Assembly: GCF_025526975.1 (NCBI RefSeq)
Contig: NW_026515680.1
Coordinates: 682,001 to 746,000, forward strand
DNA from: Fimicolochytrium jonesii
Lineage: Eukaryota
Reading direction: 5' to 3'
DNA: 64,000 bases
Part shown: positions 63,586 through 64,000 of the stretch, piece by piece
Layout: each line of letters opens with the position of its first letter
How positions within the stretch are numbered: position 1 is the first letter of the stretch
Program-made: the position numbers and the translations under genes
Notes under the pieces: model-generated
Seen by the model: only the letters and a program-made list of their open reading frames with translations
What the model was told of the DNA's origin: nothing
Databases searched by the model: none

Positions 63586-64000
63586 GCGGGGAGACGGGAG
63601 GGTGGGAGAGGCAGTGTAGGACCCATATCGATGCGCGTAGGGTAGGCGTAGTATCTTGTAGCGAGTATGGGTGGTATCATGTTTGGGCCTATTGGGCGTC
63701 CCCTCAAAGCTGCATTTTTCGTGCCAAAGATGGAGTGGTTCGGGTCTACCCTTAGTGACATGGATTCTTGACTGTGAGGAGTGGGCAGCGCGAGACTCCT
63801 TGCTGCTGATCAGGACTGCACGCCTTCCATCTGTCTGCGTCCCCGAATGTTAGCACATCCTACTGCACCAGCCGCGCTCCCAAGAACGCACAGCGGTGCC
63901 AGTCTAGTAGCATCCCGTCCAACCCAAACCCCGTCGCACTCCTGCAGAGACTCTCTTCCATCCACTCCTTCCCCTCCTCAAATGCCTCCCTGGGCCCACT

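Overview
Eukaryotic, intron-rich, gene-dense genomic DNA, most likely from a zoosporic (chytrid-type) fungus. The basis is short GT-AG introns, fungal-type PRP8/IRE1/RMT2, a flagellar gene (CFAP69) and a full-length DNA-PKcs. Recognisable genes: a two-FAS1 fasciclin, a GNAT polyamine acetyltransferase, a HAD + 2H-phosphoesterase RNA end-healing protein, DNA-PKcs, IRE1, CFAP69, RMT2, PRP8, RIO2, a large PPR protein, NAA30/MAK3 and WBP11. There are two accessory or decayed zones. The first (about 1-6 kb) holds an FCP1/NIF-like phosphatase pseudogene broken by an 8-bp duplication, a tandem array of repeated exon-intron cassettes with LRR-like ~72-nt exons, and an inverted telomere-repeat hairpin. 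The second (about 41.4-45 kb) holds orphan ORF fragments and a structured ~120-bp tandem array. A PP1 inhibitor-2 pseudogene sits head-to-head with DNA-PKcs. Also notable are an intron 4 nt from the empty PRP8 intein site and a recurring C-rich then G-rich wave within exons that biases amino-acid use. No CRISPR array, tRNA, rRNA or intact transposase was recognised. All calls come from manual motif recognition and no database searches were run; exon boundaries were read by eye.
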